Shown here: positions 37,700-50,906 of the stretch, one piece after another
Numbering within the stretch: the stretch's first letter is position 1
How the letters are laid out: every line of letters begins with the position of its first letter
Assembly: GCF_006345805.1 (NCBI RefSeq)
Contig: NC_043012.1
Span: forward strand, 27,094,001-27,158,000
From: Octopus sinensis
Taxonomy: Eukaryota
Direction: 5' to 3'
Length of the DNA: 64,000 bases
Notes under the pieces: model-generated
Told to the model about the DNA's origin: nothing
Databases searched by the model: none
What the model saw: the letters and a program-made list of their open reading frames with translations, nothing else
Made by a program: the position numbers and the translations under genes

Positions 37700-40600
37700 T
37701 TCTGCTAAATGCAAGCTTTCTTTTCAGGTACATGACACTGCTGTCCCTCCTCCCAGGGTCTCACAGGTCCACATCTCCCACACCCTCAGAGTTGGCACAC
37801 TGAAAGGTAGGTCTGGTGAGATTGTTGAGATGCTTGAACGGAGACGTGTAGATTTATGCTGCATCCCAGAAGGTGGAGAGGTGGTTCCGCTAGGTTCCTC
37901 ATAGGCAAAGAACACAGGTACAAGATTTTCTGGGCAGGGAACACTGACGGGGTTGGGGGCGTGGGTATACTTCTTGTGGAGAAATGGGTTGATAAGGTAA
38001 TCGAGGTAGTCAGAGTATGTGACAAAGTACATAAGATTAGATTAGTGCTTCACCATAGGTCAGCTACCATTATCTCGGCCTATGCCCCTCAACCAGGGAT
38101 ACCCGATGGACAGAAAGATCAATTCTATGACACCTTATTGCAGACTACCGCGTTGACAAATGACAGAGACCTTCTCTTTGTGGCTGGTGATTTCAATGGA
38201 CATGCTGAACAACATGCAAGGGGCTTCCATGGCGTACATGGAGGCTATGGTTTTGGTTCCCGCAATGAGGAGGGAACCAGACTGCTGGAGTTCTGTGATG
38301 CAAATGATCTTATGGTTTGCAATACCAACTTCAGGAAACCGACAAGTCACCTAAAGTTCTGGCAGACGCAATAGCCAAATTGACTACATCCTCGCCAGAA
38401 AAAGGGAAAGAGGGTTGCTTATAAATGCCAAAACCTTCCCAGGCGAAGAACGTACCCCTCAACATAGATTAGTAGTTAGCGACTTCAGGATCAGGGCTAA
38501 ATGGATGCCCAGAAGAAGACCAGCTTGGAAGAGAAGGGTCTGGAAGCTTAAAGATACTGCAAATGGACAGAGATTTAGAGACGTATTACTCAAAGCCTTC
38601 AATGAAATAGAAGGGGATATAACATCACATAATGTGGAAAACAACTGGAGGTTTCTACGGGACAACCTGCTGAGAGCCTCTGACCAGATCTGTGGATAGT
38701 GCAAAGTTCCCTCTCAACCCAAGGTAACGTGGCAGTGGAACAATGTGGTTGACAGGGGTATTAGGCAAAAGAAACAGGCCTGAAAAGGACTGGAAGAAGG
38801 GAAGCCAGGAGACAGGTTTATTTAGCAAGAGGGGAAGCAGATAAGAAAAAATTTGCCAATGTTCTGCGCCACGAGGACCAAAGACTTGAGGTATTTCGTA
38901 TTGCAAGACAGTGTGTGGGAGAGAATTGTGATGTCGTAGGAGAGAAATGTGTCTGTATGGATGATGGTTCACTTGCACTAAATGAGGCAGCAAAGAGAGA
39001 GGTTTGGAGACACCACTATGAAACTTTCCTCAATAAAGAAAATGAATGGGAGAAGGAGAGTCTGCCAAATGTCGACCCAACAGAGGGACCAGCTATCCGA
39101 ATTGACAGTACCTTGGTAGATAAAGGTAATGAAGGTCACGCAGATGGTCATAGCCCAACTAATTAGGGAGAGAGTCAGTTTAGAGGAGATGCAGTTTGGG
39201 TTCGTGCCAGGGAAAAGTACCACTGATGCTATATTTCTGCTAAGACAGCTGCAGAAGAAATATCTTGCCAAAGATAAACCTCTGTACTTGGCTTTCGTTG
39301 ACATGGAGAAAGTCTTTGACAGGGTCCCCCAATCCCTTATCTGGTGGTCAATGAGGAAACTGGGGATAGATGAATGGTTAGTGAGACCCGTGCAAGTGAT
39401 GTACAGGGACGCCGTCAGTAAGGTGAGGGTTGGCAATGAGTACAGTGAAGAATTCCGGGTAGAGGTAGGGGTCCACCAAGGTTCAGTCCTCAGCCCTCTC
39501 CTATTTATCATAGTTCTCCAGGCAATAACGGAGGAATTTAAGACAGGATGCCCCTGGGAGCCGCTCTATGCTGATGACTTTGCTCTAATTGCTGAGTCAC
39601 TATCAGAACTAGAGGAGAGGTTTCAGGTGTGGAAGCAAGGATTAATTCGAAGGGCTTTAGAGTCAACCTAGCTAAAACCAAAGTCCTAATAAGTAGGAAG
39701 TTAGACAAACCACAAACCTCTTCAGGTAAATGGCCCTGCTCAATCTGTAGAAAAGGCGTAGGTAGAAACTCTATAAGATGTACCCAGTGTAAGCTATGGA
39801 CACATAAGAGGGGCAACAATATCAAAGGAAGGCTAACTGGGAAGATAGTTTTTGTATGTGGCAGGTGCTCAGGAGCAATAAACACTGAAAATGTGCAGAG
39901 AACAACTTCCGCCACATTCCAGAGAGAAAAACTAGAAATAGTTGATAGCTTCCATTACCTAGGTGACCAAGTCAGTAGCGGAGGAGGGTGCACTGAAAGT
40001 GTAGCAGCTAGAATAAGAATAGCCTATTTCTTTACTACCCACAAGGGGCTAAACACAGAGAGGACAAACAAGGACAGACAAACGGATTAAGTCGATTACA
40101 TCGACCCCAGTGCGTATCTGGTACTTAATTTATTGACCCCGAAAGGATGAAAGGTAAAGTCAACCTCGGCGGAATTTGAACTCAGAACGTAACGGCAGAC
40201 GAAATACAGCTACGCATTTCACCCGGCATGCTAAAGTTTCTGCCAGCTCGCCCCCTTAGAATAAGAATAAGAATAGCCTGGGCAAAGTTCAGAGAGCTCC
40301 TACTGCTGCTGGTGACAAAGGGCCTCTTGCTGAGAGTAGGACACGTGTACGAACAGCCATGCTACATGGCAGTGAAACATGGGCCATGACTGCTGAGGAC
40401 ATGTGTAAGCTCGCAAGGGTTGAAACCAGTATGCTTCGATGGATGCGTAATGTCAGTGTGCATACTCGACAGAGTGTAAGTATCTTAAGCATCAGATGTG
40501 GTGTGCAAGAGAGACGTCTGCGCTGGTATGGTCATGTAGCGAGAATGGATGAAGATAGCTGTGTGAAAAAGTGCCACACCCTAGCGGTTGAGGGAACCTG

Positions 40601-41237
40601 TGGAAGAGGTAGACCCAGGAAGACCTGGGATGAGGTGGTGAAGCACGACCTTCAAACTTTAGGCCTCACTGAGGCAATGACTAGTGACCGAGACCTTTGG
40701 AAATATGCTGTGCATGAGAAGACCCAGCAGGACAAGTGAGACCATGGCCTTTACCAGGATGTAGCCAGCCCACTTATGCATACCTTTCCTTCTTTGGACA
40801 CAAAACTCTGCTTGTAAAGACCTGTTGAAGCAAGTGAAATCAAAATTGAATTTGAAATCGAACCAAATTCGATGAATGGCACCTGTGCCAGTGGAGCGCT
40901 AACAGCTCCATCCAAGCAGGATCACTGCCAGAGCAGCTGGCTTCTGTGCTGGTTGGCACGTAAAAAGCACCATTTGAGCATGATCATTACCAGTGTCGCC
41001 TTACTGGTACTTGTGCTGGTGGCACATGAACAAAACATTCAAGTGAGGACGTTGTCAGTGTCGCTGGACTGACTGCTGTGCAGGTGGCACGTAAAAAACA
41101 CCATTTTTGAGCGTGGTCATTGCCAGTACTGCCAGACTGACCCTCGTGCCGGTGGCATGTTAAAGCACCCACTACACTCTCGGAGTGGTTGGCGTTAGGA
41201 AGGGCATCCAGCTGTAGAAACTAGCATGGAAAGCGGA
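37700..41237 (+). mobile_element. Near full-length RTE-clade LINE with 3' UTR and (GAT)n tail, frameshifted
   Basis: EN (VGTLKGRSGEIVEML, SAYAPQ, GDFNGH); RT (QFGFVPGKSTTDAIF, GVHQGSVLSP, YADD); C-terminus (WYGHVARM, GRGRPRKTW). Confidence 0.93.
40026..40257 (-). mobile_element. tRNA-derived SINE inserted in the RTE LINE
   Basis: rc head has A-box-like GAGCTGGCAGAA and B-box GAGTTCAAATTCC; 16-bp duplication AGAATAAGAATAGCCT at 40010-40025 and 40264-40279. Confidence 0.88.
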
Positions 41238-41879
41238 CGTTAAACGATGATGATGATTTAGTGGGTTACCAAACTATCAGTCTGGTTTCCTGGCTAAAAC
41301 AGTAATGACAAATTTTAAAGTTTGTTTGACATTTTATAAGTGTGAAAGGGATTAAAATTTTGATACTCTGTATCAAAGGTACCAACAAGAATAAGCAGAA
41401 AATCAGAGCTTGAGACAAGAAGATACTTTTGACCAATCAGTATTCTGTTTTCATAATCAGTTTGATTGGTCACCTTCCTGTGTCAGTTGAATAAAGTGTC
41501 ATCCAAGCTGATGTTTATTGGTAATTAAACTTATTTTGCAACACTTGTGCGTATTTATCAGCTTTGTTTTTGTTGATAAGAATTATCAACAACTTTTCCT
41601 GTGATCGTGATTTGAGAAGACATACAGAAGTATGCTAAAGATTGGATATAATCTCTTGTGGGCAAGAACTGTAGATTAAAGTTTATTATAAACAAAACAA
41701 ATACTTCGTAATTTAATAGCTTTCAATGTGATACCTGCTAAACAGAAATGTTTTTTAGCAATTTTTATCTTGAAAATCACCTGCATAAATTACATGGGTT
41801 TTTACGGTATATATCCGCAGTCAGTCATCGTAAATATGATTGTTCATGTCTATGGCATTTTTGCAATATCTTTAAATCT

Positions 41880-42330
41880 GTCTAGGTCTTTCATGGTTTC
41901 TTTCCCCCTTGAATAGTTGTGAGTAGAGTCTGGGGAGTCTGTTATTGTCCATCCTGTGTATGTAACCCAACCAAAATAAATTTCTATCAAGAAGGATTTC
42001 TAACATAGGAGGCAGCCCAGCATGCTGTAGGATTTCTTCATTCCTGATTTTGTCAAAGAAAGTAATAATCATGATTCATCAATAGCTGTCCCATCCATAT
42101 ATGCATGTAACTGATCTGCTTCAGTTTTATAGACTGTCCATGTTTCAGCATATACAACAAGGAAGAAAGCACTATAGCCTGATATACCTTACATCTGACA
42201 CATACTAAAACGTGTTTATTTTTCCACAGCCTCTTCTTCAGCCTGCCAAATGAAGCACAAGCTCTGCTCATTCTGCATATGATTTCTTGGTCCAGTTGTA
42301 CATAATTTGAGACAATGTTGCCTAGGTATT
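41880..42330 (-). mobile_element. Fragment of a different RTE-type LINE
   Basis: IRNEEIL...WLGYIHRMDNNRLPR; ASFGRLKKRLW. Confidence 0.7.
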
Positions 42331-42488
42331 TGAATGCTAATAGTGATATTTTCTGCTGTTACACAACCAAAACAATTAAATATGGATAAATATTGTCTTT
42401 CATGAAAAGAGAAAACCTGGTTTACAAATAAAAGTTAAACAAAAGATAGTTCTGATTAAAAACATTACATAAATTTACATAATCTTAC

Positions 42489-42618
42489 CTGGAAGACAGT
42501 TGAAAATTTTCATTTGCACTAGTGACATACCAATTAGGATGCTGATCAATTCGTGTTAATTCATCTTGCCAGTCCTTTTGCCGAATAAACATTGGCATAG
42601 GTGGTTCAGCAGAAAATT
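42489..42618 (-). CDS. MTMR10: MTMR10-like gene, second exon seen (130 bp, phase 1 to 2): FSAEPPMPMFIRQKDWQDELTRIDQHPNWYVTSANENFQLSS
   Basis: Acceptor ttctattcttag, donor CAG|gtaaga; myotubularin pattern P.F....DW..E..R....W.V...N. Confidence 0.88.
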
Positions 42619-43599
42619 CTAAGAATAGAATTATTATATAAAATTTTAGGGTTAGGGTTATGAATGAAGGACATTTTTAAAATTGTGAATAAACCTATGA
42701 TATAGCATATTTTCAGTTATTGAAATTATTTCAACAATTAAAGGAACAACCTAAAAAGAAAAACAAAATTAGTTTGAAGAGTTCATATTGTTAACATAGC
42801 TTCAGATGGACCATCTAGAATGGTTTGATTAATGTGGTAAATATTCAGCTTAAGACTGACTGTAAGGAAAGGAAGGATAGAGGAACAGTTTTAGAGCATT
42901 GCAGTTCTAAAGACAATAGGTTAGAAAGTGTATAAACAGCATTGTAAAAAAAAGAGATGATGAAAGCCACTGAATTGCGTGGTACACATTTAGGTAACTC
43001 AAAGAAACTGGAACTTTTCCATGTTTATCAAATATCTAAAAATAGTGTTACCCCTTACTTGAATTTTTTATTCTACTATTAAAATAGTTTATTTACAGTT
43101 AAGCTTAGCAACAGTGAAATAATTAGGGTGAAAGAAGGTTGATCAGTATTGAATGGCTTCACTTATTTGAATATTTTATTTAAATGGCAACCCATTTAAA
43201 TTTTATTTTAGCTGCAATATTTTAAGCTCTTTTCTTTTAGGCTTACTTAAGAATATTGTTATTCCTTGCTCACATCCTTCATTCTAGTCCACTCATTTCA
43301 CAAGCAATGCAGAAAAATTAGTAATTTTTATTCTAATAATAAATTTAGCTTACTTTTTTGTATTATTTCATTTCTTATTGATGCCTATTCATTTTTGTTA
43401 GAAATTCTAAATTGAATAGCACTTTCTTTACATTGAGTATTATAAAATCTGCTTATTTAGAATTAATTTTTAAATTAATATTTATGAGAAATAAATCTAC
43501 TTATTTAGAATTAATTTTTTAATTAATATTTATGAGAAATAAATTTTTTTAAAAAGAAAGCAAAAATTTTAAAAATTATATACAACACCATTATTATCA

Positions 43600-44900
43600 A
43601 ACAGTAGAGAAGCAGCAGATGGAACATTAGAACAGATGGACAAATTAATAGGATGGGCAAAAATGAAATTCAAAGCCAAAATATCTCAAAGCGTGGCATT
43701 TGTGAAAGGAGTCCAAAAAGAAGTGAAATTCAGGATAGGAGGTGAAGATACACCAACGGTGAAGGAAAGTAAGGAATCTCGGCAGATGGTACAGAGATTT
43801 ACTAAATAATAAGAATCAAAGCAAAGAAACACATGATTTAGTGGAACAGGGACTAAAGGCAATTGACAGAACAACATTACCAGGGAAATTCAAATGTTGG
43901 ATATTGCAATTTGGATGGTACCCAAGGATGGTGTGACCATTTCAAATGTACGAAATAGCCTCAAGTAGAGTAGAAAGGATGGAACAAAGATGCAGTGTGT
44001 TTATCAGAAAATGGTTTGGTCTTCCAAAACCACTGAATACAACTGAACTATATGGAAAACCCATGCTGCAACTACAGGTGACATCAATCGCTGAAGAATA
44101 TAAGGTAGGAAAGGCAAGGACAGTAATGATGTTAAGGTATTCGAAAGATCAGAGCATCCGAGAAAACCCTCCAAAGGTACGAACAGAGAGGAAATAGAAA
44201 GTGGAAGAGGCAGTAAACAGGGCAATTAGAACGCTAAGGCATGCTGATATAGTTGGAGTGATACAAGAAGCAAGAGCCGGTCTAGGGTTGCACAATTTCA
44301 AGCCATTTTGCAGTGTAAAAGAGATGAAAGAGGCAGTGGTACACGAAGTGAGAAAAGAGGAAGAAGAAAGGTGCAGAAGGATATACTTCCAGATGGGAGG
44401 AAAAGGGACATAAGGCCAGGCCTTCAAATAAAGTATACGAAACAGATGAAAGCTTGAAGGGATACTGGGAGCTGGCTGTGGATTTCCACTCATAAAAACA
44501 AAAAAAACAAAATTAATCCTATGGAATACAGAATGGAAAATTGGAATTTTGCTAGAGCTGACAGTGCCATGGGAAGAGAACATTGCTAAAGCAGAGCAAT
44601 GGAAGGAGAAGAGGTATGAGAGATTTACTGAAGAGTGCAGAGAACAGGGATGGACAGTAGAGTATTACCACCTGGCAGTGGGGACTAGGGGCTTCATTGA
44701 AAAGAAAATGGCAATGTTATTTAAAAGAAAGTTTGCATTTTCAAGCTCATAGCTGAGAAAAGTAATTAGGAATATACAGGAGGCAATTGACAAAACCAGC
44801 TTCTATATATGGCTGAAATAGAAGGCCCAAAATGGCTTGAAAGCCATAACATGCCGACTGGGAAATAGCATCGCTAGATGAGGCTGGTTGACACTTAAGC
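43600..44900 (+). mobile_element. Decayed non-LTR retrotransposon with restriction-like endonuclease (HERO/NeSL-like)
   Basis: FIRKWFGLP, ARAGLGL, and RLE-domain ELTVPWEENI..A...K..RY...GW......VGTRGF (44549-44752). Confidence 0.75.
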
Positions 44901-45589
44901 AGTATTGTGGTTTGACAGGTGGGCCAAGGTAGCGATCTCGTTCATAGCCCACCCTCCTGTTTCGAAAGCTTGTATCACCAAACAGATGGTTGGTTCTGGC
45001 TGCTGGAACTGACACTAACACGACACTGTTGGAAGGCAGGTTTAGATAGGGCACAGGCTAAAACTACATGCCCTTCCCCTCTATTGGTCTGTTGAAGCTT
45101 AGACGGTGTCATGTGACAGTTAGCTGGTGCTGGCTGCTAGAGCCTACCAGCAAGTATTTAAAGGTAAATTTGGCAGGAAGGTCATTCGCCCGCTGACATT
45201 CGTTGACACTGCATCGAAGAAACCAAAGAACAGAAGAAAAAGGAAGAAAGAAGAAACGTACTCAACAACACAGCTAAAGACACCTCCAAAAGAGGGGGCC
45301 CCACCATGTCAAAAATGGTAGAGGAGTAGGGGCCAAAACCAGACGTGGTTTCTCCTGATGATGTCTTTAGCCACTGGATCCTATAAAGGAGCTGTTGAGG
45401 TAGCGAATCACGAAATGTGGTTGGAATTCCTCCTAATTATGAGCAATGACGAATCAAATTAATTAGGAGAGAAGGTAATTCAAGAACAAAACAATTATAG
45501 ACTGGATTTTCTGATTGCCTTGTATAGATAAATTGTTATTTAAGTATCTTTGTAATTACATATAAGACAGATATTTACAGCTGGCAATT

Positions 45590-46720
45590 ATTGAAAGCTG
45601 CATAACTTTTTTTTGCTTTGATATATTTTTATGGGGTTAGCAAGAAAAGATACATCTGGCGGAGATCTTCCATTTGAACACAAATAAAGTATAGTTTGCT
45701 TTTCAAATAGCTGAGATATTTTGAGTTAAAGTCAATCTTAGGGGTTATTTACCAATTTTTTGGCTACTTAAAGCTGCATAACTTTTTTTCTAATTATATC
45801 TTTTAATGAGGTTTTCACCAAAGGATTCTACTAATCGATTTTTTAAAAATAGTTATAATTAAAGTATAGATTTTCTTTTAAATAACTGAGAAATTACAAG
45901 TCAAAGTCAATTTTAGGAGTTACTGCCATGTGTGAATATATACACACAACAAATTACCACTTTTTTTCATCACCTGGCCGTCCGCCAGCCTCATCTGGCA
46001 CCTGTGTCGGTGGCACATAAAAACACCATCCGAGCGTGGCCGTCTGCCAGCCTCGTCTGGCACCTGCCAGCCTCATCTGGCACCTGTGTCGGTGGCACAT
46101 AAAAACACCATCCGAGCGTGGCCGTCTGCCAGCCTCGTCTGGCACCTGTGTCGGTGGCACATAAAAACACCATCCGAGCGTGGCCGTTCGCTAGCCTCGT
46201 CTGGCACCTGTGTCGGTGGCACATAAAATCACCCACTACACTCTCGGAGTGGTTGGCGTTAGGAAGGGCATCCAGCTGTAGAAACACTGCCAGATCTGAC
46301 TGGCCTGGTGCAGCCTTCGGGCTCCCCAGACCCCAGTTGAACCGTCCAACCCATGCTAGCATGGAAAACGGACGCTAAATGATGATGATGATGATGATGA
46401 TAAAGCTGCATAACCTTTTTATAATACCTTTTAACAAGGTTTCCACCAAAAGATTCTACTCATCGAGTTCTTTTAGAATTAGAGTTTTGTTCACTTTTCA
46501 GATACCTGAGATATTTTGAATCAAAGTCAATTTTAGGCGTCATTTATCAATTTTTTGGCGACTTAAAGCTGCTTAACTTTTTTTCTATCTAATATCATTT
46601 GAATAGGTTCTAACCAAAAGATTCTATTCTTTGAGTTCTTTTAAATAGTCATAATTAAAGTATAGATTTTCTTTTAAATAACTGAGAAATCACAAGTCAA
46701 AGTAAATATTAGGCATTACT
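45590..46720. repeat. Degenerate AT-rich tandem repeat (unit roughly 160-180 bp), interrupted by an RTE 3' UTR copy
   Basis: AAAGCTGC.TAAC.TTTTT near 45595, 45772, 46402 and 46566 with recurring CCAAA.GATTCTA and AAAGTCAAT. Confidence 0.65.
45970..46400 (+). mobile_element. RTE 3' UTR copy with an expanded 62-bp tandem module
   Basis: About 4 units of CACCTGTGTCGGTGGCACATAAAAACACCATCCGAGCGTGGCCG...; (GAT)n tail. Confidence 0.85.
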
Positions 46721-46914
46721 CTTCCATTTTTATCATAACTTTTTTTCTACAGAACCAAATTTCAATTATTTTATGTCAAAATGTAGCTTACCACTGGTCC
46801 CACATAGTGCAAAAAACTAAATTAAGATTGAGCTAAAACTGAATTAGTGGTAAAGTGTTAAATTGGCTGTGAGTGAGTAAAAGTTGATCTTAATATTATT
46901 CACACACTGCCATG

Positions 46915-47800
46915 TCATCATCATTTAATGTCAGCTTTCCATACTAGCATGGGTTGGACAATTTGACTGAGGACTGGCAAACCAGATGGTTGCACCAGGC
47001 TCCAATCTGATCTGGCAGACTTTCTACAGCTGGATGCCCTTCCTAATGCCAACCACTCTGAGAGTGTAGTGGGTGCTTTTACATGCCACCGGCATGAGGG
47101 CCAGTCAGGTGGTACTGGCAACTGGCAACGGTATTTTTTATGTGCCACCTGCACAGGAACCAGTCCAGCAGCACTGACAACGACCTCACTCGAATATTTT
47201 TTCACATGCCACTGGCACAATTACCAGTGAGGCAATACTGGTAATGTTCACGCTCAAATGGTGCCTTTTATGTGCCACCGGCACAGAAGCCAGTTTGCTG
47301 CCCTGGCAACGATCGTGCTTGGATGGTGCTCTAAGCACACCACTAGCACGGACGCCAGTCATCGAATTTGAGTTCTATTTCAATTGCTTCAACAGGTCTT
47401 CGCAAGCAGAGTTTAGTATCCGATGAAGCAAACGTATGCATAAGTGGGCTGGTTACACCCCTGGCATAGGCCACGAGGTTATGGTCTCACTTGGCTTGCT
47501 GGGTCTTCTCAAGCACAGCATATTTCCAAAGGTCTCAGTCACAAGTCATTGCCTCAGTGAAGCCTAATGTTCGAAGGTCATGCTTCACCACCTCATCCCA
47601 GGTCTTCCTGGGTCTACCTCTTCCCCAGGTTCCCTCAACTGTTAGGTGTGGGACTTTTTCACACAGCTATCCTCATCCATTCTTGCCATATGGCCATACC
47701 AGTGCAAACAACTCTCTTGCACACCACATCTGATGCTTTTAAGGTTCAACTTTTCTCTCAAGGTACTTACATTCTGATGAGTATGCACACTGACATTACA
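46915..47800 (-). mobile_element. 5'-truncated RTE LINE (ORF C-terminus plus 3' UTR)
   Basis: WMCNVSVHT...WYGHMARMDEDSCVKK; (CAT)n tail at 46915. Confidence 0.85.
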
Positions 47801-48420
47801 CATCCATGTATGTGGAAGATGTGCAGGTATAATAAACACTAGGAATGTACAGAAAATAGACTTCCTCAAATGTCTGGGGAGTGGGATCCTTAAAAGTAGT
47901 AGATAGTTTTCATTATCAAGACAACCAATTAGCAGTGGAGGAGAAACTTCTGAAAGCATAGTTGCTAGAATAATAGGGTCATTCTGTTAACAAAGGGTCT
48001 CCCCCTCAGAGAGAAAGGCAGATTATATGATGCTTATGTATGAACAGCTATGATACATGGCAGTGAAACATGGGCTGTGACAGTAGAGGACATGCAGAAA
48101 CTTGAAAGAAATGAACCCAGTATGCTTTGCAGGATGGGTAATGTCAGCGTGCATGTATGGGAGAGTGTAAATGATTTAAGAGAAAAACTGGGTATAAGAG
48201 TCATTAGATGTAATGTGCAAGAGAGAAGACTGTATTTGTATGGTCATGTGATATGTATTGATGAGGACAGCTGTATAAACAAGTATTGATTTCTAATTGT
48301 GAAGGGAATCTGTGGAAGGGGAAGACCCATGAAGATGTGGGATGAAGTAGTAAGAAAAGGTCTTCAGATATTGAACGTCAGTGAGATGTTAAGGGACTGG
48401 TATTTGCTGTTTGAAAAGAT
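47801..48420 (+). mobile_element. Older RTE LINE ORF C-terminal fragment, back-to-back with the previous copy
   Basis: MIHGSETWAVTVEDM...ERRLYLYGHV (48050-48289). Confidence 0.75.
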
Positions 48421-49088
48421 ACATGAAGTTAAGTAAAACTGTGGCCATCCATAGACACAGACATGTCCTCTATGGCCACAACCCACCCCTTCTCCTCATA
48501 CACATAAATGTCCTCTGGCAAAACTCACTCACAACCATTTCCCCCAAAACCCCACTACAGGCTCCTACAGTTTCCATTCAACATCACTTTCTATCCCTAA
48601 ATATTTCATTTCACACTCTTATGGGATATCTCCTCTATGCCACTTATACTTCCCCAGCCACTGTTCCTAGTGGATAGGCCCCACTTCTCTCTCTCACTTT
48701 GTCTCTATCTTTCTCTCTCTCCCCCGCCTCTCTCTACTTACTTGTCCTACTGGGGTAGTCAAGTACCTCCTCTGTATTAAGACAGCTATCCCTGACCTTC
48801 TATCATACTCCAACCACTTGCCTGGCTAACAGCCACCTTCATAAGTTCTTCTCCCTCTCTTAGCTGAGATGTCCTTGTTTTGCAAGCAACTTGGCGATTC
48901 TGCAGGTACTGGTACCATGTAAAAAGCACCCATGTTGATGCAATGTAAAATCACCCAGTACACTCTGTAAAGTGTTAGGAAGGGCATGTGAAAACAGACA
49001 ATTGGAGTCTGGTGCAGCCATCTAGCTTACAAGCTCCAGTCAAATCATCCAACACATACCATCATGGAGAACAATGATGATGATGATG

Positions 49089-49122
<34 letters not shown>

Positions 49123-49794
49123 ATGTATACACACACAAATACATACTCATATACCATCATAATTTAACAGCCATTTTCCATGCTTATATATTGTTTCTTT
49201 CTACTGTCTCATCCTGTTCATGTATAGAGTTCCTGTGGTCCTACATTTCTTTTCAGCTGCAGCCAGTTTTATTAACTTAGAGGATGTAAAACTCTACTGT
49301 CTCTCATTGAATAAATCTCTTAACTATTCCCTGCTGAAGAAGGACTCTATCTGAAATGTTGTATTTTCCACACCCCACGAAATGTTCATTGTACTCTTTT
49401 TACTAATTTTACTATACACACACATACACCTTAATAGACTCAAATTACATGGTTGAGAATTTGATTCTACAAACCATGCTAAGGTTCATAGCAATGCTGT
49501 GAACTCATTTCACATAAAAAAGTGACTACACAGTCTCCCAGTACAGACCACATCACACCCAATAATTTAGGTTCTATGTTTACTATTCATAACACTCTCA
49601 GATTGAGTATACAGCCAGTATGCTGCTTTCCTGGACTAGTGCTGAGATTGCTCAGCACTGCACCGACACTTCTTTGGCATACTAAGAGTCACTGTCTCCT
49701 CACTGCCTTTATAACTGTAACTGTAGGGCAGCTAGAGCCTGCTCTTTAAATGGGAATTGTGTAAAGAAAAAAGTGGTCTACAAATGCACCTTTA

Positions 49795-50906
49795 TGAGGT
49801 GGTATCAAAAAAGTTCCTGAACTAGTTCTGTAGTGCTGAATGACATCACTGTTTACTTTCCAAGTTGTAAAATTTGTAGTTTTGTGATCATATGTATGCT
49901 AAAGTCTGCGAATGATGATGATGATGATAGGGAACAAAGAGCCAACATGAAATTTTGTGTTAAACTTAGGAAGTCTGCTATAGAGACATTGAGCATGCTT
50001 TGGCAAGCTTACAGCAACAAGGCAATGGGTTGTATGCAATGCTTTGAGTGGCACAGATGCTTCAAAAGTGGAAGAATGTCATTGGAAAACAATGAGCTAT
50101 CTGGAAGACCAACTACGAGCGTCACATCCAGAAATGTGGAGAAAATTCATCAGCTTGTGAATGAGGATTGTTGGAGAACAATCAACGACATTGTTGATGT
50201 TGTGTGGGTCTGTCGTATGGGCCTGTGCAGGCAATACTAATGTCTGAATTGAACATGTGGCATGTCTCTGTCAAGTTTGTTCCCCATCGGCTGACCATTG
50301 AGTGGAAAGAACATCGTGTCAAAGTCTGTCAAGATCTCTATCAGCATGCCACTGATGACCCATCCTCCATGTTGAGAATCATCACTCATGACGAGAGTTA
50401 TGACCCTGAGATGAAGCAGCAGTTGTCACAATGGAAGAGCTCTTCATCACAACAGAAGAAGGCATGACAGAGCCACAGCTCAATCAAGAGCATGCTCATC
50501 ACTTTTTTCAACATCTATGATATTGTGCATTGAGATTTCATCCCCTTGGGCCAGACTGTCAATCGAGAATTCTATTGCAATAGCTTTTTGAGGGCAGACA
50601 TTCAACAAAAGTGACTAGATCTATGGAGCAACAGAAACAACATGGTATCGCTTCTGCACCCGCCCTATTTGCCAGATTTAGCACCTGCTGTTTTAACACT
50701 GTTGTAAAGATCAAGAGTGAATTGCAGATCCTCCACTCACTCACTGAAAACAACTTCCAGGCTGGACTCCGAAAGTGGCAGGAACACTGGGACTGGTGTA
50801 TTGTTGTGCAAGGTGACTTTTTGAAATGAGATAATGTTAAAACTTATGTAAATAAGTTATCTTTTATTAAACATAACCAATTTCGGAACTCTTTGATATC
50901 ACCTTG
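49795..50906 (+). mobile_element. Mariner element with both TIRs and TA duplications; transposase decayed
   Basis: TA|TGAGGTGGTATCAAAAAAGTTCC ... GGAACTCTTTGATATCACCTTG|TA; MKFCVKLRKSAIETL, KFVPHRLT, RIIT.DES motifs. Confidence 0.9.

Noticed and set aside
43445-43540. 48-bp tandem duplication
   Set aside because: Simple local slippage in AT-rich intron; no sign of function.
45970-46230. Regularly spaced repeats superficially like a CRISPR array
   Set aside because: Units are tandem with no unique spacers, lie in a LINE 3' UTR, and the context is eukaryotic with no cas genes.
49330-49365. CTGAAGAAGG...TCTGAAATGTT hammerhead-like string
   Set aside because: Stem II is only about 3 weak pairs and stem I is unsupported; it may be a decayed PLE tail.
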